Positions 40,100-50,002 of a stretch of 64,000 bases of DNA are shown here, piece after piece. Source of the stretch: an uncultured Acidobacteriota bacterium (GTDB taxonomy: Bacteria > Acidobacteriota > Terriglobia > UBA7540); assembly GCA_963804995.1 (NCBI GenBank), contig CAWDSK010000003.1, positions 1,344,001-1,408,000 on the forward strand, given 5' to 3'. Each line of letters begins with the position of its first letter. Position 1 is the first letter of the stretch. Made by a program: the position numbers and the translations under genes. The notes beneath the pieces are model-generated. The model was not told the DNA's origin and did not search any database. It worked only from the letters and a program-made list of their open reading frames with translations.

Positions 40100-42114
40100 C
40101 CGAACTTTCGCACTTCAGGGTGTTGAGTTGGGTTAACTCGCTTCTTTTCAGTACAGGCATTGCCAAGGTCTGGCCTACAAACGCAGCATTCCAGCAGGAA
40201 AGATTTCCGGCTGGACCGTGATCCTGGGCGGTGGCTGAGTGGGGAGCACGAGCTGCAGTTCGTGCAACAGGAGCTTTTGTTCGGGTGTCGGCTCGGTGTA
40301 GCGGGGCATCACTAATCGGCGCCCATCCGTGGTCGGGAAAGACACATCGAGCATCTGCATGCCCGCCAGCTTCTCCAGCACCGCTTTCGGCGTCAGGCCC
40401 GGAGCGTGGGCCTGCAGACGCTGTTTCAGCGTCACCCACAAGCCGTACGCCAGAAAGGCAATGAGGATGTGGGCCTCAACGCGATGTTCTATTTGATGAT
40501 AAATCGGCCGAATTCCCAGCTCACTCTTCAAACACTTAAAGGCCGCTTCGATCTGCGCCAGTTGCATGTAGCGGTCCCACAACACCTCGGGATTTTCCCC
40601 CGTCAGATTGGTGCGCAACAGATAATGTCCATCGCGCCGCTCCGCTTCCTCCAACTTGCTGCGCTCGAGCCGGAACTGGAAGGTCTGGCGAGTCACTTCT
40701 TCCTGGGCCTTGGGCACGCTGATCTTCACGAAACCGAAGGCCCGTCCGGCTTCACTCTTGGCTGCTCCGATCTTCATCAGCAACGCATCACGCGTCGGAC
40801 ACACGCGCCGCAAGGCCCGCAGCCTCCACAACAGCCGTGCCAGCTTGCGTCGACGGATGGCCATCTCTTTCGCCTGGCGGCCTGCGCTCTTCGCCAGCAC
40901 ATACAACTCGCCTTCCTCCGCGAACAGTTTCACCTCTACCGACTCGCGCACCTTCCGCCACGGCAGTTCCGTCCACTTCGCTTCGTACTGCCGGATCTTG
41001 CCCCGTGGCGTCCCCACCAGGTAAAACATCTCCCGCCCCGGGGTGCGCATCTCCGCCAGCAGTTCTTCACTGGGAACTCCCCGATCCATCATCCACACCC
41101 GCCGTGCCTTGCCGTACACGCTCTCGATCTTGTCCAGAAAACCGCGCAAGCTGTTCCGGTCGGAAGTATTCCCCTCCATCACTTCGTAGGCCAGCGGGAA
41201 ACCTTCCGGCGTCAGCACCAGGGCGATCACCACCTGCCGACAGTCGAACCGCCCGTCCCGGCTGTAACCGTGGCGGGCTTTGGGAATCGCTTCCGCCTCT
41301 CCTTCCACATAGGTGCTGGTGAGATCGTAGAGGAGCAGATCAAAGCGCGCCGCAAAGAGGTCTTGCCACCGCAGCCGCAGGTGCTGGAACAACTCCGCCT
41401 TGTGCGCCAGTATTCGATCCAGACAACGATAGAGCCGGTCCTTCTCGGCCACCGCGAAGTTCACTGCCAGCAACTCGGCCATGGCGGTCTGATCGAACCA
41501 GTGCCGATGCACACGGAATTCGCTGCCCGGCTCGATCAACCGGTTCACCACCAGCAGCCGTAGCACCTTCTCCCACGGAACTCCCTCGCGCCCTTCCGGC
41601 AACCTCGCCTGCCAGAACTCGTCCAGCTTCAACTGGCGCCACAGCTCGCAGCCCAACCAACAGCCACCGAAGGTGCGCGGCCGCTCAACGCGCATTTCAC
41701 TCAACTTCACTTGTACGCCGTCCACAGCATCCGCAGGAAGTTCGCGGTCCTCCGGGAAGAGGCTCAGGGACGCGAGGACGCGACGGTCCTCGTCAAAAAC
41801 CTCCAGCGTCTTGCGCCACGCGGATTGTTGGCTGTCGTTGATTTCGCCCAGATACAGCACCGTCCGATGCACGACCTTCGAGCGCGACACGCGCCGACTC
41901 TCGACGATGCTGAAATAACGATGTTCCTTGCCGTCCTTTTTGCGTCGATGAATCTTCAGGTGCACGCCCCAGAATGCCAGACCTTCGCGCCCCAGAAAAG
42001 AGGGTAGGTCGGGCCTACAAGCACTCTTCAACCCGCGCCCATTGAAGGCAAAGACCTTGTGCACCGCAAGCTGCCAAAATCAGCCCGGTAGCGGGTGGAA
42101 GTGCGAAAGGCAGG
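40100..42114 (-). mobile_element. IS1634 family element
   Basis: Terminal IRs CCGAACTTTCGCACTTC / GAAGTGCGAAAGGCAGG (14/17); TTAG duplicated at 40096-40099 and 42115-42118. Confidence 0.88.
40175..41965 (-). CDS. IS1634 family transposase
   Basis: RKKDGKEHRYFSIVE, LLYDLTSTYVEG, GYSRDGR, MDRG, IEAAFKCLKSELGIRPIYHQ; intact frame, GTG start inferred. Confidence 0.92.
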   Translation of the reverse strand: MHLKIHRRKKDGKEHRYFSIVESRRVSRSKVVHRTVLYLGEINDSQQSAWRKTLEVFDEDRRVLASLSLFPEDRELPADAVDGVQVKLSEMRVERPRTFGGCWLGCELWRQLKLDEFWQARLPEGREGVPWEKVLRLLVVNRLIEPGSEFRVHRHWFDQTAMAELLAVNFAVAEKDRLYRCLDRILAHKAELFQHLRLRWQDLFAARFDLLLYDLTSTYVEGEAEAIPKARHGYSRDGRFDCRQVVIALVLTPEGFPLAYEVMEGNTSDRNSLRGFLDKIESVYGKARRVWMMDRGVPSEELLAEMRTPGREMFYLVGTPRGKIRQYEAKWTELPWRKVRESVEVKLFAEEGELYVLAKSAGRQAKEMAIRRRKLARLLWRLRALRRVCPTRDALLMKIGAAKSEAGRAFGFVKISVPKAQEEVTRQTFQFRLERSKLEEAERRDGHYLLRTNLTGENPEVLWDRYMQLAQIEAAFKCLKSELGIRPIYHQIEHRVEAHILIAFLAYGLWVTLKQRLQAHAPGLTPKAVLEKLAGMQMLDVSFPTTDGRRLVMPRYTEPTPEQKLLLHELQLVLPTQPPPRITVQPEIFPAGMLRL

Positions 42115-42168
42115 TTAGCGAAAACAAGATTGGCCGAACAGCATCGAGTCCACATGTAACCAGCGGGT

Positions 42169-42295
42169 AGCGCACAGGTACGCGCATTTTGCGTTCCTGT
42201 GCGGCTTTTGCACTTCGTGTTCGCGACGAGAAACATCGTAACGCTGCTGGAATTTGGGAACATCCGCGGAGGAATCTGTCGGCTGACGGATACCT
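42169..42295 (+). repeat. ~126-bp direct repeat, copy A
   Basis: Closely matches 43162-43287; contains a GCACAGG..CCTGTGC hairpin. Confidence 0.85.
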
Positions 42296-42331
42296 GCCCG
42301 CTGGTTTTGTGCGTCGGGCCTTCCCCGCGAG

Positions 42332-42772
42332 CTAAGGGGAAAGCGCAAGGACGGTAAATCCCGCTGAGGCCGCGGCTTGGGATAGCTGCTGATCGCCGGA
42401 AACAAAATTGCGGTTCTTGGGTTGTTGGTGACACCAAGTGAGAGCCGCCGCCAGTTGCAAGCTGTCGGCAGCTCGAAGCTGATGAATATCCAACAATTGC
42501 CTTGCCAATTCCCGCACCGAATCCGCCGGGAGGATCTCTCTCCATCCCCGGCTCAACAGCTCCAGCCGAGCGAGAGCTCCCTTGCGTTCGCGATCGTTCA
42601 AAAGGGCCAAGCGGTGGAGGCGGGCCACCGCGCTATGGATCTCGACCGGAGTTCCCCACCACACCACCGGCAGGCTCTGTCGCAGGTGGGCCTGAGCTTG
42701 GCGGCTGGTGGCCTCCCGAACACAGAGCGGGACCAGCGCACTGGCATCGAAAAACGCCGGTTGCGGTTTCAT
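42332..42772 (-). CDS. VapC/PIN-domain toxin
   Basis: AFFDASALVPL, LRAADSLQLAAAL, FVSGDQQL..AA...GF. Confidence 0.9.
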   Translation of the reverse strand: MKPQPAFFDASALVPLCVREATSRQAQAHLRQSLPVVWWGTPVEIHSAVARLHRLALLNDRERKGALARLELLSRGWREILPADSVRELARQLLDIHQLRAADSLQLAAALTWCHQQPKNRNFVSGDQQLSQAAASAGFTVLALSP

Positions 42773-43059
42773 CTCCCCTCCGCGCGTTCGTCGACCAGGG
42801 CCTGGATGGCTTGACTGTTGGAAACGCGGCCGGTTCGGATCTTGAGTAACTTGTGAATGTCCAAAGGAGCCTGCGGCAAACGCAATTTTCCCGCCGCCAC
42901 TAAAATCAGCTCTTCCTTGCTGGTTTCGGCGACGGAGAGGGGGACGAGCTTCGCCACGGGCAGATTGCGGTCCCGAACGACGATTTCTTCCCCCTGTCTG
43001 GCGTAAGTCAGATACCGGCTCAGGGAGTTCTTCAACTCGGCAACATTGACACTGCGCAT
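42769..43059 (-). CDS. Phd/YefM family antitoxin
   Basis: MRSVNVAELKNSLSRYL...GEEIVVRDRNLPVAKLVP; ATGA overlap with the toxin. Confidence 0.9.
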   Translation of the reverse strand: MRSVNVAELKNSLSRYLTYARQGEEIVVRDRNLPVAKLVPLSVAETSKEELILVAAGKLRLPQAPLDIHKLLKIRTGRVSNSQAIQALVDERAEGR

Positions 43060-43075
43060 GCGGTTTCCTCCTGTC

Positions 43076-43092
43076 ATGGCTATTATAGCCAT
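43076..43092 (-). promoter_or_regulatory. TA operator palindrome over a TATAAT -10 box
   Basis: ATGGCTAT-T-ATAGCCAT perfect IR; minus-strand TATAAT at 43082-43087. Confidence 0.75.
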
Positions 43093-43161
43093 ATCGGAAG
43101 GGGAAAAGGACAACGCTTTTTCCCGAACCCGTGGGCCTGTGGGTCGCGTGCCTGCGAAAGG

Positions 43162-43287
43162 AGCGCACAGGCGCGCGCATTTTGCGCTCCTGTGCGGCTT
43201 TTCATTTCGTGTTCGCGACGAGAAACATCGCAACGCAGCTCGAATTGGGGAAGATCCGCGGAGGAATCCGTCGGCTGACGGATACCT
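43162..43287 (+). repeat. ~126-bp direct repeat, copy B
   Basis: Pairs with 42169-42295 and brackets the VapBC module. Confidence 0.85.
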
Positions 43288-43540
43288 CCTCGCTACCCCC
43301 CTTTTGCCAAAGTCAATTCGGCGGCTTGGCCGACGCCAAAGGATAGTCGAAATTGGCTGTATAGGCATGGGCAGGCGCCAGCGCAGCAACGACTTCGCGC
43401 TCTATGGGGATAGGATTTTGACAAGGAGCACTGTTGCGCAAAACCAACCTTCGAAGCCAGCGCGGCAGGGTGGAGCGGCAACCGAACTGTCGAGCCACGC
43501 TGGCTACCTCGCGCCGCCCCGCCACCTGCCATTCCTCCCA

Positions 43541-45040
43541 CCCCCTCGCAGTACCCCCGACATTCCCCCCTATCGTTATCGACGGTTGCAGCGACGAGGA
43601 TGAAACTTATTTTGAGTTGGGAACTCAGCGCGCTACTGGCTTCGTGAAATTTGTGGCCCAGGGGGTGGAGGATTGAAAGGACCCCCTCACCCGGCCCGCC
43701 CCAGCTGGTGAAAACGCCGGCGGCGGTCCACCCTCTCCCCCAAAGGGGCGAGGGTTATGAATTCCTATCAACGTTCCCCCTCATCCGGGTAGATCAAAAT
43801 GAACTCCCCCCTCGGTCGCCGCGGCGACAGGGGGTTGTAGTTCTTTGGGCAGCGTGGATGCGCCGGTTTTACGCTACCCCCTTGCAGTGCCCCGACACTC
43901 CCCCGTATCGTTATCGGCGGGTGGGGCGACGAACGTGAGAGATTTTGTGGCGAAAGGGACCGTCGAAAACCCTCGGCGAAAATGGGTTGGCTGCGCCGAA
44001 GGCGCTTTGGGAGTGCGGCCGCGAAGCTGCCGCTTTTCTCTCCGCCCGGCGGGTTGCTGTCCCGTCTGCGGCGCGCGGGGGAGCAGAAAGCGGTAGCTCC
44101 GCGACCGCACTCCGAAAGCGCGTCGCGCCCTCGAAGCCACAAGGAACAAAGTTGCGCGGCGCGCGATCGTGCGCCGATCCCTCCGCCGGCGGACGCCGGC
44201 GCTGTGTGGTCTGCGGCTGAGTGCTGGTCGGACTTTCAAACGGCGAACCCGTTCAGGCAAGCACTAAGGCATCCGTTTGGCCCCCGCGCAGTGCCCCCGA
44301 CACTCCCCCCTATCGTTATCGGCGGATTCGAGAAGGAGGGTGACGAAATTTACTGAGGGGTGAAAGCGCCGGGGCGTCCGGCAGGAGCGAATGGAGACGC
44401 CGCAGGGCCGCAAGAGCAAGTCAAAAGGCAAAGCGCAAAAGGCAAAAGTGAGAAGTCGCCACCTGAGAATCCCGCCCCCCTCGCAGTGCCCCCGATACTC
44501 CCCCGTATCGTTATCGGCGGATTCGAGAAGGAGGATGACGAAATTTGCTGCGGGGTGAACGCGCCGGGGCGTCCGGCAGGAGCGAATGGAGACGCCGCAG
44601 GGCCGCAAGAGCAAGTCAAAAGGCAAAGCGCAAAAGACAAAATTGAGAAGTCGCCACCTGAGAATCCCGCCCCCCTCGCAGTGCCCCCGACACTCCCCCC
44701 TATCGTTATCGGCGGTTGCCGCGACGAGGATGAAACTTATTTTGAGTTGGGAACTCCGCGCTACTGGCTTCGTGAAATTTGCGGCCCAGGAGGTGGAGGA
44801 TTGAAAGGACCCCCTCACCCGCCTGCGGGGGGAAGCTGAACTCGTTTACGGTTCCCAGGTACCCCTTCGGTGGGCGTAGGCCCGGCCCGCCCCGGCTGGT
44901 GAAGACGCCGGCTGCGGTCCACCCTCTGTCGCCGCGGCGACCGAGGGTTATGAATTCCAATCAACGTTGCCCGCTCATCCGAGTAGGTCCAAATTAACTC
45001 CCCCCTCAGCCGCCGCGGCGACCGAGGGGCCGGGGGGAGG
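43541..45040. repeat. Five-unit array of a ~45-bp conserved motif with REP-rich spacers
   Basis: CCCCCTCGCAGTGCCCCCGACACTCCCCCCTATCGTTATCGGCGG-like copies at about 43541, 43877, 44281, 44476 and 44671; units 3 and 4 are a 195-bp tandem; units 1 and 5 share about 300 bp. Confidence 0.85.
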
Positions 45041-45319
45041 GGGCTGTAGCGTCCAGCACAGAGACACCACGGGTCGGGGCATCTTGCATTTTGACTTTTG
45101 CACTTTGCCTTTTGCCTTGCCCTTGCAGCCCCGCCGCTCTGCGTCTCCGCGCCTCTGCGGTGAAAAGTATTTCAGGGGATTACTGACCCTCAGGCCCGCT
45201 GTGTTGAAAAATCTTCGTTAGGCCACCCCCGCTGGAAACAAAGTGGTAGGATACTGCCCGCACCGGCGCCCTCGGGGAATGCCGGCAATAGTCGGAATCA
45301 TCAGGAGGTCTCTATCTTC

Positions 45320-46111
45320 ATGCTGCAACGATTCTCAGCTTTACTGGTCTTTACTTTCTGCGCGGTGTCGCTCCTGGCGCAGGCTCCGCCCAAAATCAAA
45401 GTTCTAATCCTTACAGGCGTCAACAATCACAACTGGCGCGCCACCACACCCGTCCTGCGTGACATCCTACAGGCGACCGGACGATTTGATGTTTATGTGA
45501 ACGAGGAAGGAAGAGGCAATGGGCCTGAAACCTTTGCCCCTTACGATGTGCTGTTGCTCAACTACAATGACTACAAGCACACCGCCGGACCGTGGTGGGA
45601 TGCCCGCGCGCGCGAGGCTATGCTTGACTTTGTGCGCAACGGCAAGGGGTTGGTAAGCTACCATTCCTCGAACAACGCCTTCTGGGGCTGGCCTGAATTC
45701 GACAAGATGGTGGGTGGCACCTGGCGTGAAACGGCCGACCACGCGCCTTATCATCCCTACACCGTCAAGATCGTAGACCGCAACGACCCCATCACTCAGG
45801 GCATGCCGGAATCATTCGCGGAGACCGACGAGCTCTATCATCGACTCTCGATGCAACCGAATATCCACCTCCTGGCCACGGCCTGGGATGATCCCAAGAA
45901 CTGCTCCAGGTCGAGCGATGGCTGCGGGACGGGGAACGATGAACCCATGATCTGGACTTTGCCCTACGGCGTGGGGCGGGTGTTCCAAACCGCTCTGGGC
46001 CACGACGTGAAAGCCATGCAAAGCCTCGGCTTCCAGGCAATGCTGGTGCGGGGGACGGAGTGGGCCGCGACGGGGAAAGTCACGATTGCCTTGCCGGCGG
46101 ACATCAATTAA
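45320..46111 (+). CDS. ThuA-like (trehalose utilization) domain protein, secreted
   Basis: Signal peptide, KVLILTG.NNHNW, GKGLVSYH, DELY, GRVFQTALGH. Confidence 0.85.
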   Translation: MLQRFSALLVFTFCAVSLLAQAPPKIKVLILTGVNNHNWRATTPVLRDILQATGRFDVYVNEEGRGNGPETFAPYDVLLLNYNDYKHTAGPWWDARAREAMLDFVRNGKGLVSYHSSNNAFWGWPEFDKMVGGTWRETADHAPYHPYTVKIVDRNDPITQGMPESFAETDELYHRLSMQPNIHLLATAWDDPKNCSRSSDGCGTGNDEPMIWTLPYGVGRVFQTALGHDVKAMQSLGFQAMLVRGTEWAATGKVTIALPADIN

Positions 46112-46718
46112 CAAGTGTTACACCGCCCCGTGACGCGCTGTGGTGGGGCTTCGCGATGCTCCCCGATGCCGGGAGGCGGTTCGTCCGTTTTTGATAACAG
46201 AAAGCCGCGGATGTCATCGCCAGGGCTGCGGTACACTCGTTGGCTGCACCGGCCTACGCGCGAATCCGCGTACGCCGGCGCCATCACTTGACCCATGCCC
46301 TCAGATTCGGCATCGCCTGCTTCGCCACCCTACCTTTAAAGGCGCATGACTATTTGTTAAAGTGGGACTGTCCCACTTGTTGCTCTCCGCGGGGCATAGC
46401 GCGCGAGGTCCCACGAATTTCCCCATCCTTTTGCGTTTTTTTCCTATGACTTTTCTCCTGACGCTCCGCCACGATTCTCTAACTGCTCCTCAAACGGTCA
46501 TGGATCATGCCACGCCGAAATGTGCTAGCCTGCGCAGGCGCGAGGGCGTCCGACAATCTATTTGCAAACTCTTTACAGTAAACTGTTGGGACACTCGTTA
46601 CAATGAAGGTGATGGACCATGCTTGATGGGTCCATTGCCGGGCAGCAGGAAAGAATTGAAGTGGCGCGCCAAGAACTTGTTCGCGGAAATTGGTAATAGG
46701 CAGCACAGCAGATCTGAA

Positions 46719-47513
46719 ATGGCACAACATTCCGGAACTCCCATGGGACCCAACTTCGCCGCTTACTACGACGCGGTGATCAACTGGAAAAAACGGCTGG
46801 CGCGGGAGATGCCCCTGCTTGAGGAACTGGCGCGCGAGGCTGGTTCCAGAATCCTGGTTCCGGCTTGCGGAACGGGCGGGCATGTGGTGGCGCTCGCCCA
46901 GCGAGGTTTCAACGTCCTGGGCTTTGACGCTGACGCAGACACCGTGGAGTTCACGCGCCGGCGGATCAGCGCTGCGGCCACCGCCATTGCTGCGGCGGGT
47001 GGAAAGGCGGAGGTCAGACTTCTCACCCTGGAGCGTGCCGCCGACCTTCATGCTGAATTCGACGCGGCATTCTGTTTAGGTAATGCCCTTCCCGGCCTTT
47101 CCGCTGAGGGCCAGTTGGTGGCAGCCCTGGGGGGGATGACAAGCGTCCTGCGCAGGGGTGGAATCTTTCTGACTCAAAACTTGAACTACGATCTTCGCTG
47201 GCAGCAACGGGCCAGCCATTTTCCCCTCTTGACCGGCGAGACTCCGCGCGAGGAGATTCTGCTGGTCAAGCTGGCGGACTATCAAGCGGCCCATATCAAT
47301 TTCCACGCCATGTTTCTGGCGCGCGAAAAGCCCGCGGGAAAATGGCAAGTCCACCCCCGTACGTCCCGGCAGATTCCTCTTTTCCAACAGCGCTTGACCG
47401 ACCTCGCGGCGCAGGCCGGCTTGGGCGAATTCATGTTTTGGGGCGACTACGCCCACTCACCTTTCGACCCGGGAAAATCCCACGACTTGATTCTCCGAGC
47501 GCAGAAACTTTAA
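46719..47513 (+). CDS. Class I SAM-dependent methyltransferase
   Basis: ILVPACGTGGH motif I, FDAAFCLGNAL, VLRRGGIF; start uncertain. Confidence 0.82.
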   Translation: MAQHSGTPMGPNFAAYYDAVINWKKRLAREMPLLEELAREAGSRILVPACGTGGHVVALAQRGFNVLGFDADADTVEFTRRRISAAATAIAAAGGKAEVRLLTLERAADLHAEFDAAFCLGNALPGLSAEGQLVAALGGMTSVLRRGGIFLTQNLNYDLRWQQRASHFPLLTGETPREEILLVKLADYQAAHINFHAMFLAREKPAGKWQVHPRTSRQIPLFQQRLTDLAAQAGLGEFMFWGDYAHSPFDPGKSHDLILRAQKL

Positions 47514-47524
47514 CTCGCATACTG

Positions 47525-48328
47525 CTATTGGTTGGGTTCTTTGGGCGGAGCGTTGGGGGGATTGGTCAGGAGCTTGTTCAGCCCCTCCAGGATGTGCTGC
47601 TCCTGTGGAGAGAACTGCTCCTTCACTTTGGGACCGTCTAGGAAGCTCTGCCGTTGGCTGGGAGGAAGATCACGAAGGCGGAGGAAGGCCTGATTGACAG
47701 CTTGGCGCCGCTCCGGAGAGAGCCGGAGCCATTGGGGAAAAATGGCGCGCGCCTCCTGCCGCTGGGCGGCGGAAAGACCCCGGAAGATGTCTTCGCGGTT
47801 ACGCATGACCTCCTGCTGGTCGGGCGTCATGGCGTTCCAGCGCTCCAGGCGCTGGCGGACAATCCGCTGGGTCGCGGGGGAGAGACGCAGGAATCGAGGG
47901 TCGGTCGACATGGCGCGCTCCTGCTCCTCCGGTGACAAGGCGCGCAGACGCTGGATTTCTTCGCGCTCGCGCACGACTTCCCTTTCCGCCGGGGTCATGG
48001 CGTTCCACTTCCGCAAACGCGTGCGAATCTGCTGCTGGCGCGCGGGAGGCAATTGCTGGAAACGGGGATTATTGGCCATGAAATGGTCCTGCTGCTCAGG
48101 TGGCATTTCGCGGAGGCGTTGGAAAAAGCCTCCCTGGCCAGCAGGCGGCGGCTGCGGGCGGCCCGGCAGCCCCCCCGGGTGGAAAGGACCCTGTCCACTC
48201 CACCCCCGGGCCGGGATAGGCGGGGGGGAAAGGAGAATCCAGAAGAACAGAAGGCAGGTCAGGTCAGGGATGCGCCAGCGCCGCCAAAGCAGAGTGCGGG
48301 AAGCAGGCACCGCAAGCTCAGTCGGCAA
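47525..48328 (-). CDS. DUF3106-like Gln/Arg-rich helical protein
   Basis: Repeated WNAMTP/LSPE helical units; downstream of an anti-sigma factor; start uncertain. Confidence 0.72.
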   Translation of the reverse strand: MPTELAVPASRTLLWRRWRIPDLTCLLFFWILLSPPPIPARGWSGQGPFHPGGLPGRPQPPPAGQGGFFQRLREMPPEQQDHFMANNPRFQQLPPARQQQIRTRLRKWNAMTPAEREVVREREEIQRLRALSPEEQERAMSTDPRFLRLSPATQRIVRQRLERWNAMTPDQQEVMRNREDIFRGLSAAQRQEARAIFPQWLRLSPERRQAVNQAFLRLRDLPPSQRQSFLDGPKVKEQFSPQEQHILEGLNKLLTNPPNAPPKEPNQ

Positions 48329-48920
48329 CCTTGGGGTCTCGCTTCGGAAGCTCCGAGAGTATATCGAATTTCGCGACCAGATCATCATCATCTAATGCCC
48401 GGGCGTCTTCGTCTTCGCCCGAAGATGAACTCATGGACTTAAGCTCGGCGGCCGGCTTAGGCGAATTCTTCACCTGACCAGACGCCGCAAGCGCAGGTCC
48501 AAGCTTTGCCACCTGCGGGGGAGTTTGGGCGGGTGCCGTCTGACCGGACGGCTTCGTCACCAGCGCCGAAAGCTTTGAGACGGGAGGTTGACTGCGAGTC
48601 AGCCACACGACTCCGGCTATGGCCACAACCCCCAGCGAAACCAGCGCCAAGGTTCGGGCCCAGCGGGGGGCCGCCAGGAAGCCCCAGGCGGGGCTGCCCG
48701 CCGGTTGCGCACCCACCGCCTGTCGCACGCGCGCATCAAACCAAGCGGAGGGTTGCGGCGACTTCCACCCCTCCAGCACAGCGTCGAGCCGCTCGAACTG
48801 TTCCGCAGCCTCGCGACACCGGGGACATTCCACCAGATGCATGTGGACCTGTGCCGCCTCCCGTTGATCCAGTAAACGGTGAGCGTAGCTAAACAAGTGT
48901 TCGCGTTCAAGGCATTTCAT
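48318..48920 (-). CDS. Zinc-finger (zf-HC2) transmembrane anti-sigma factor
   Basis: HLVECPRC (HxxxCxxC) plus a TM segment; coupled to the ECF sigma. Confidence 0.88.
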   Translation of the reverse strand: MKCLEREHLFSYAHRLLDQREAAQVHMHLVECPRCREAAEQFERLDAVLEGWKSPQPSAWFDARVRQAVGAQPAGSPAWGFLAAPRWARTLALVSLGVVAIAGVVWLTRSQPPVSKLSALVTKPSGQTAPAQTPPQVAKLGPALAASGQVKNSPKPAAELKSMSSSSGEDEDARALDDDDLVAKFDILSELPKRDPKVAD

Positions 48921-49498
48921 ATCTGACCCTCCCGGAGCAGGGGCTCAAGGCGCTCACGCAGCGCCTCATAGGCTCGGAAGAGAAGTGATTTCACAGCGCT
49001 TTCCGAAACACTCAGAATTTTGGAGATTTGGCGATAATCCACTTCTTGATACTTGTGCAGAATGACTGCCGCGCGTTGATTCTCCGGCAGCGAGGCGACA
49101 GCTTGGCGAATCAGGCGTGCACGATCGCCTTGGATCAATCGCTGCTCGGCCGTCGGGCGGGTGTCGACGAAGCGATCAAGGGGGATTCCGCCCTCAAGAT
49201 TTTCGCTTGCAGTTTCAGGAACCGCATCTTTCCGGTCGCGAATCGCATTGAGCGCCAGGTTCGTGGCGATTCGATAAAGCCAAGTCGTGAAGCGCGCCTC
49301 AGGCTGATAGCGCTCCCGCGCCTTGTACACGCGCAAGAAGACTTCCTGCGCCAAATCCTCAGCCAACGCGGTGTCACGCACCATGCGAAATAGATAGCTC
49401 ACCAACGGCACACGGTAGCGGCGTAGCAGCGTCTCAAAGGAAGCAGCATCGCCACTCCGAATCCGCTGCATCAAATCGAGGTCGGACTCCATGGCCAT
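48917..49498 (-). CDS. ECF sigma-70 factor
   Basis: AEDLAQEVFLRVY, FTTWLYRIATN, LPENQR, AVKSLLFRA. Confidence 0.93.
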   Translation of the reverse strand: MAMESDLDLMQRIRSGDAASFETLLRRYRVPLVSYLFRMVRDTALAEDLAQEVFLRVYKARERYQPEARFTTWLYRIATNLALNAIRDRKDAVPETASENLEGGIPLDRFVDTRPTAEQRLIQGDRARLIRQAVASLPENQRAAVILHKYQEVDYRQISKILSVSESAVKSLLFRAYEALRERLEPLLREGQI

Positions 49499-49597
49499 GG
49501 TTGCCACACTATATACAACACTTTGGCCGCAAAATAGTTGCGGAGATTTGCCTTTCCCACGCACCAAGCCTTTCCTCTGTTACAATCTGGGTTTCTG

Positions 49598-50002
49598 ATG
49601 ACCGAGCAGAAACCCATCCTGGTCACCGCCGGCATCATACGGAGTGGTGACCGAATTCTGATCTGCCAGCGCCACCGCTCAGACGCGTACGGTTTACAGT
49701 GGGAATTTCCAGGCGGCAAGGTGCAAGAGGGCGAAGGCATGGAGGCGTCACTGCGACGGGAACTTGCCGAAGAATTGGCGATCCAGGCGGAAATCGGTCC
49801 GGAAGTTTTCCGTCTGCGCCACCGATACCCGGACCGTTACGTGGAAGTTGTTTTCTTCGCGATTAAAGGCTACCACAGCGAAGTCCGCAACCAGGTTTTT
49901 GAAGCCATCGAGTGGGTGCCGCGGTCGAGACTTTCTGCTTACAATTTCCTGGAAGCGGACCGTGAGTTGGTAAACCGTATTTCCAAGGGGGAGATTGTCT
50001 AA
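49598..50002 (+). CDS. NUDIX hydrolase, MutT/NudG-like
   Basis: WEFPGGKVQEGE...LRRELAEEL Nudix box. Confidence 0.9.
   Translation: MTEQKPILVTAGIIRSGDRILICQRHRSDAYGLQWEFPGGKVQEGEGMEASLRRELAEELAIQAEIGPEVFRLRHRYPDRYVEVVFFAIKGYHSEVRNQVFEAIEWVPRSRLSAYNFLEADRELVNRISKGEIV

Noticed and set aside
40060..42125. Integron attC site (GTTAGCG restored at the IS1634 empty site)
   Set aside because: No matching RYYYAAC inverse core at a suitable distance, no integrase, and neighbouring genes do not form a cassette array.
44264..44839. Repeat-containing ORFs within the array
   Set aside because: Translations simply mirror the DNA repeats on both strands, with no convincing start or domain.
43541..45040. 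CRISPR array
   Set aside because: Unit periods are 195-405 bp, spacers are partly duplicated, repeats are degenerate, and there are no cas genes in the window.
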